Assembly: GCA_963734495.1 (NCBI GenBank)
Contig: CAVTHK010000003.1
Span: 64,001 to 128,000, forward strand
Source: an uncultured Spirochaetota bacterium
GTDB lineage: Bacteria; Spirochaetota; Spirochaetia; SZUA-6; CAVTHK01
DNA length: 64,000 nucleotides
Reading direction: 5' to 3'
Shown one piece after another: positions 63,603 through 64,000 of the stretch; within the stretch, counting starts at the first letter, position 1, and every line of letters starts with the position of its first letter. The position numbers and the translations under genes are program-made. Below the pieces are notes generated by a model. It searched no databases. It was given only the letters and a program-made list of their open reading frames with translations, and was not told the origin of the DNA.

Positions 63603-64000
63603 GGCTGCGCCTCCCGCCGCGGCGGGGACGCGCCTCTCGTCCGAGGCGATCGTCCCGTCGTGCAGGCGCACGAGCCGGTGCGCGCGGCCCATCACCATCG
63701 GGTCGTGCGTGGAAAAGACGAACGTCGTGCCGTGCCGCTCGTTCATGCGCTCCATCAGCTCGAGGATCGCGCCGCCGTTGTCCGAGTCCAGGTTGGCCGT
63801 CGGCTCGTCGGCGAGCACGATGGCGGGCTGCTTGACCAGCGCGCGGGCGATCGCCACGCGCTGCTGCTGGCCGCCGGAGAGCTTGCCGGGCAGGCTGTTC
63901 TCGCGGCCCGCGAGCCCGACCTCGGCCAGGAAGGCCCTGCTGCGCTCGCGCGCCTCCCGCTCCCCGGCGCCGAGCAGCGACAGCGCAAGCTCCACGTTCT
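63599..64000 (-). CDS. LolD/MacB-type ABC ATP-binding protein (5' end beyond the window)
   Basis: [29 protein letters not shown]. Confidence 0.9.

Overview
Very GC-rich bacterial chromosomal window with about 60 protein-coding genes. The gene content suggests a Spirochaetota-like anaerobe (inference only). Many genes are split by single-base indels, densest at about 41-54 kb and affecting housekeeping genes (leuC, leuD, ilvB, ilvN), which points to long-read assembly error rather than real pseudogenes. Content in order: RRM protein; two signal-less HtrA-like proteases with a LuxR-type regulator; mprF; REC-PilZ/membrane protein/lipase; USP and mntH; OYE oxidoreductase; TetR-HlyD-ABC-TolC efflux operon; an ECF sigma factor fused to a TM helix and an RskA-type extracytoplasmic domain, followed by a beta-propeller/cupredoxin gene with a shared promoter motif; small accessory genes; a corrinoid methyltransferase-associated cluster (RACo, DUF1638, AraC, MtaA-thioredoxin fusion); an OmpR two-component system; a V4R-like/GAF adenylate cyclase; htpX; a cobalamin riboswitch with btuB-tonB; a receiver/PEP-synthase-N protein; Crp; GH4 glycosidase; leuCD, ilvBN and citramalate synthase with an Ile-codon attenuator; and a Lol-like ABC/LolA-like/outer-membrane module. 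Best leads: the sigma-RskA fusion system, the Ile-sensing attenuator of cimA, the corrinoid cluster and pervasive apparently leaderless genes. No rRNA, tRNA, CRISPR array or mobile element was recognised.
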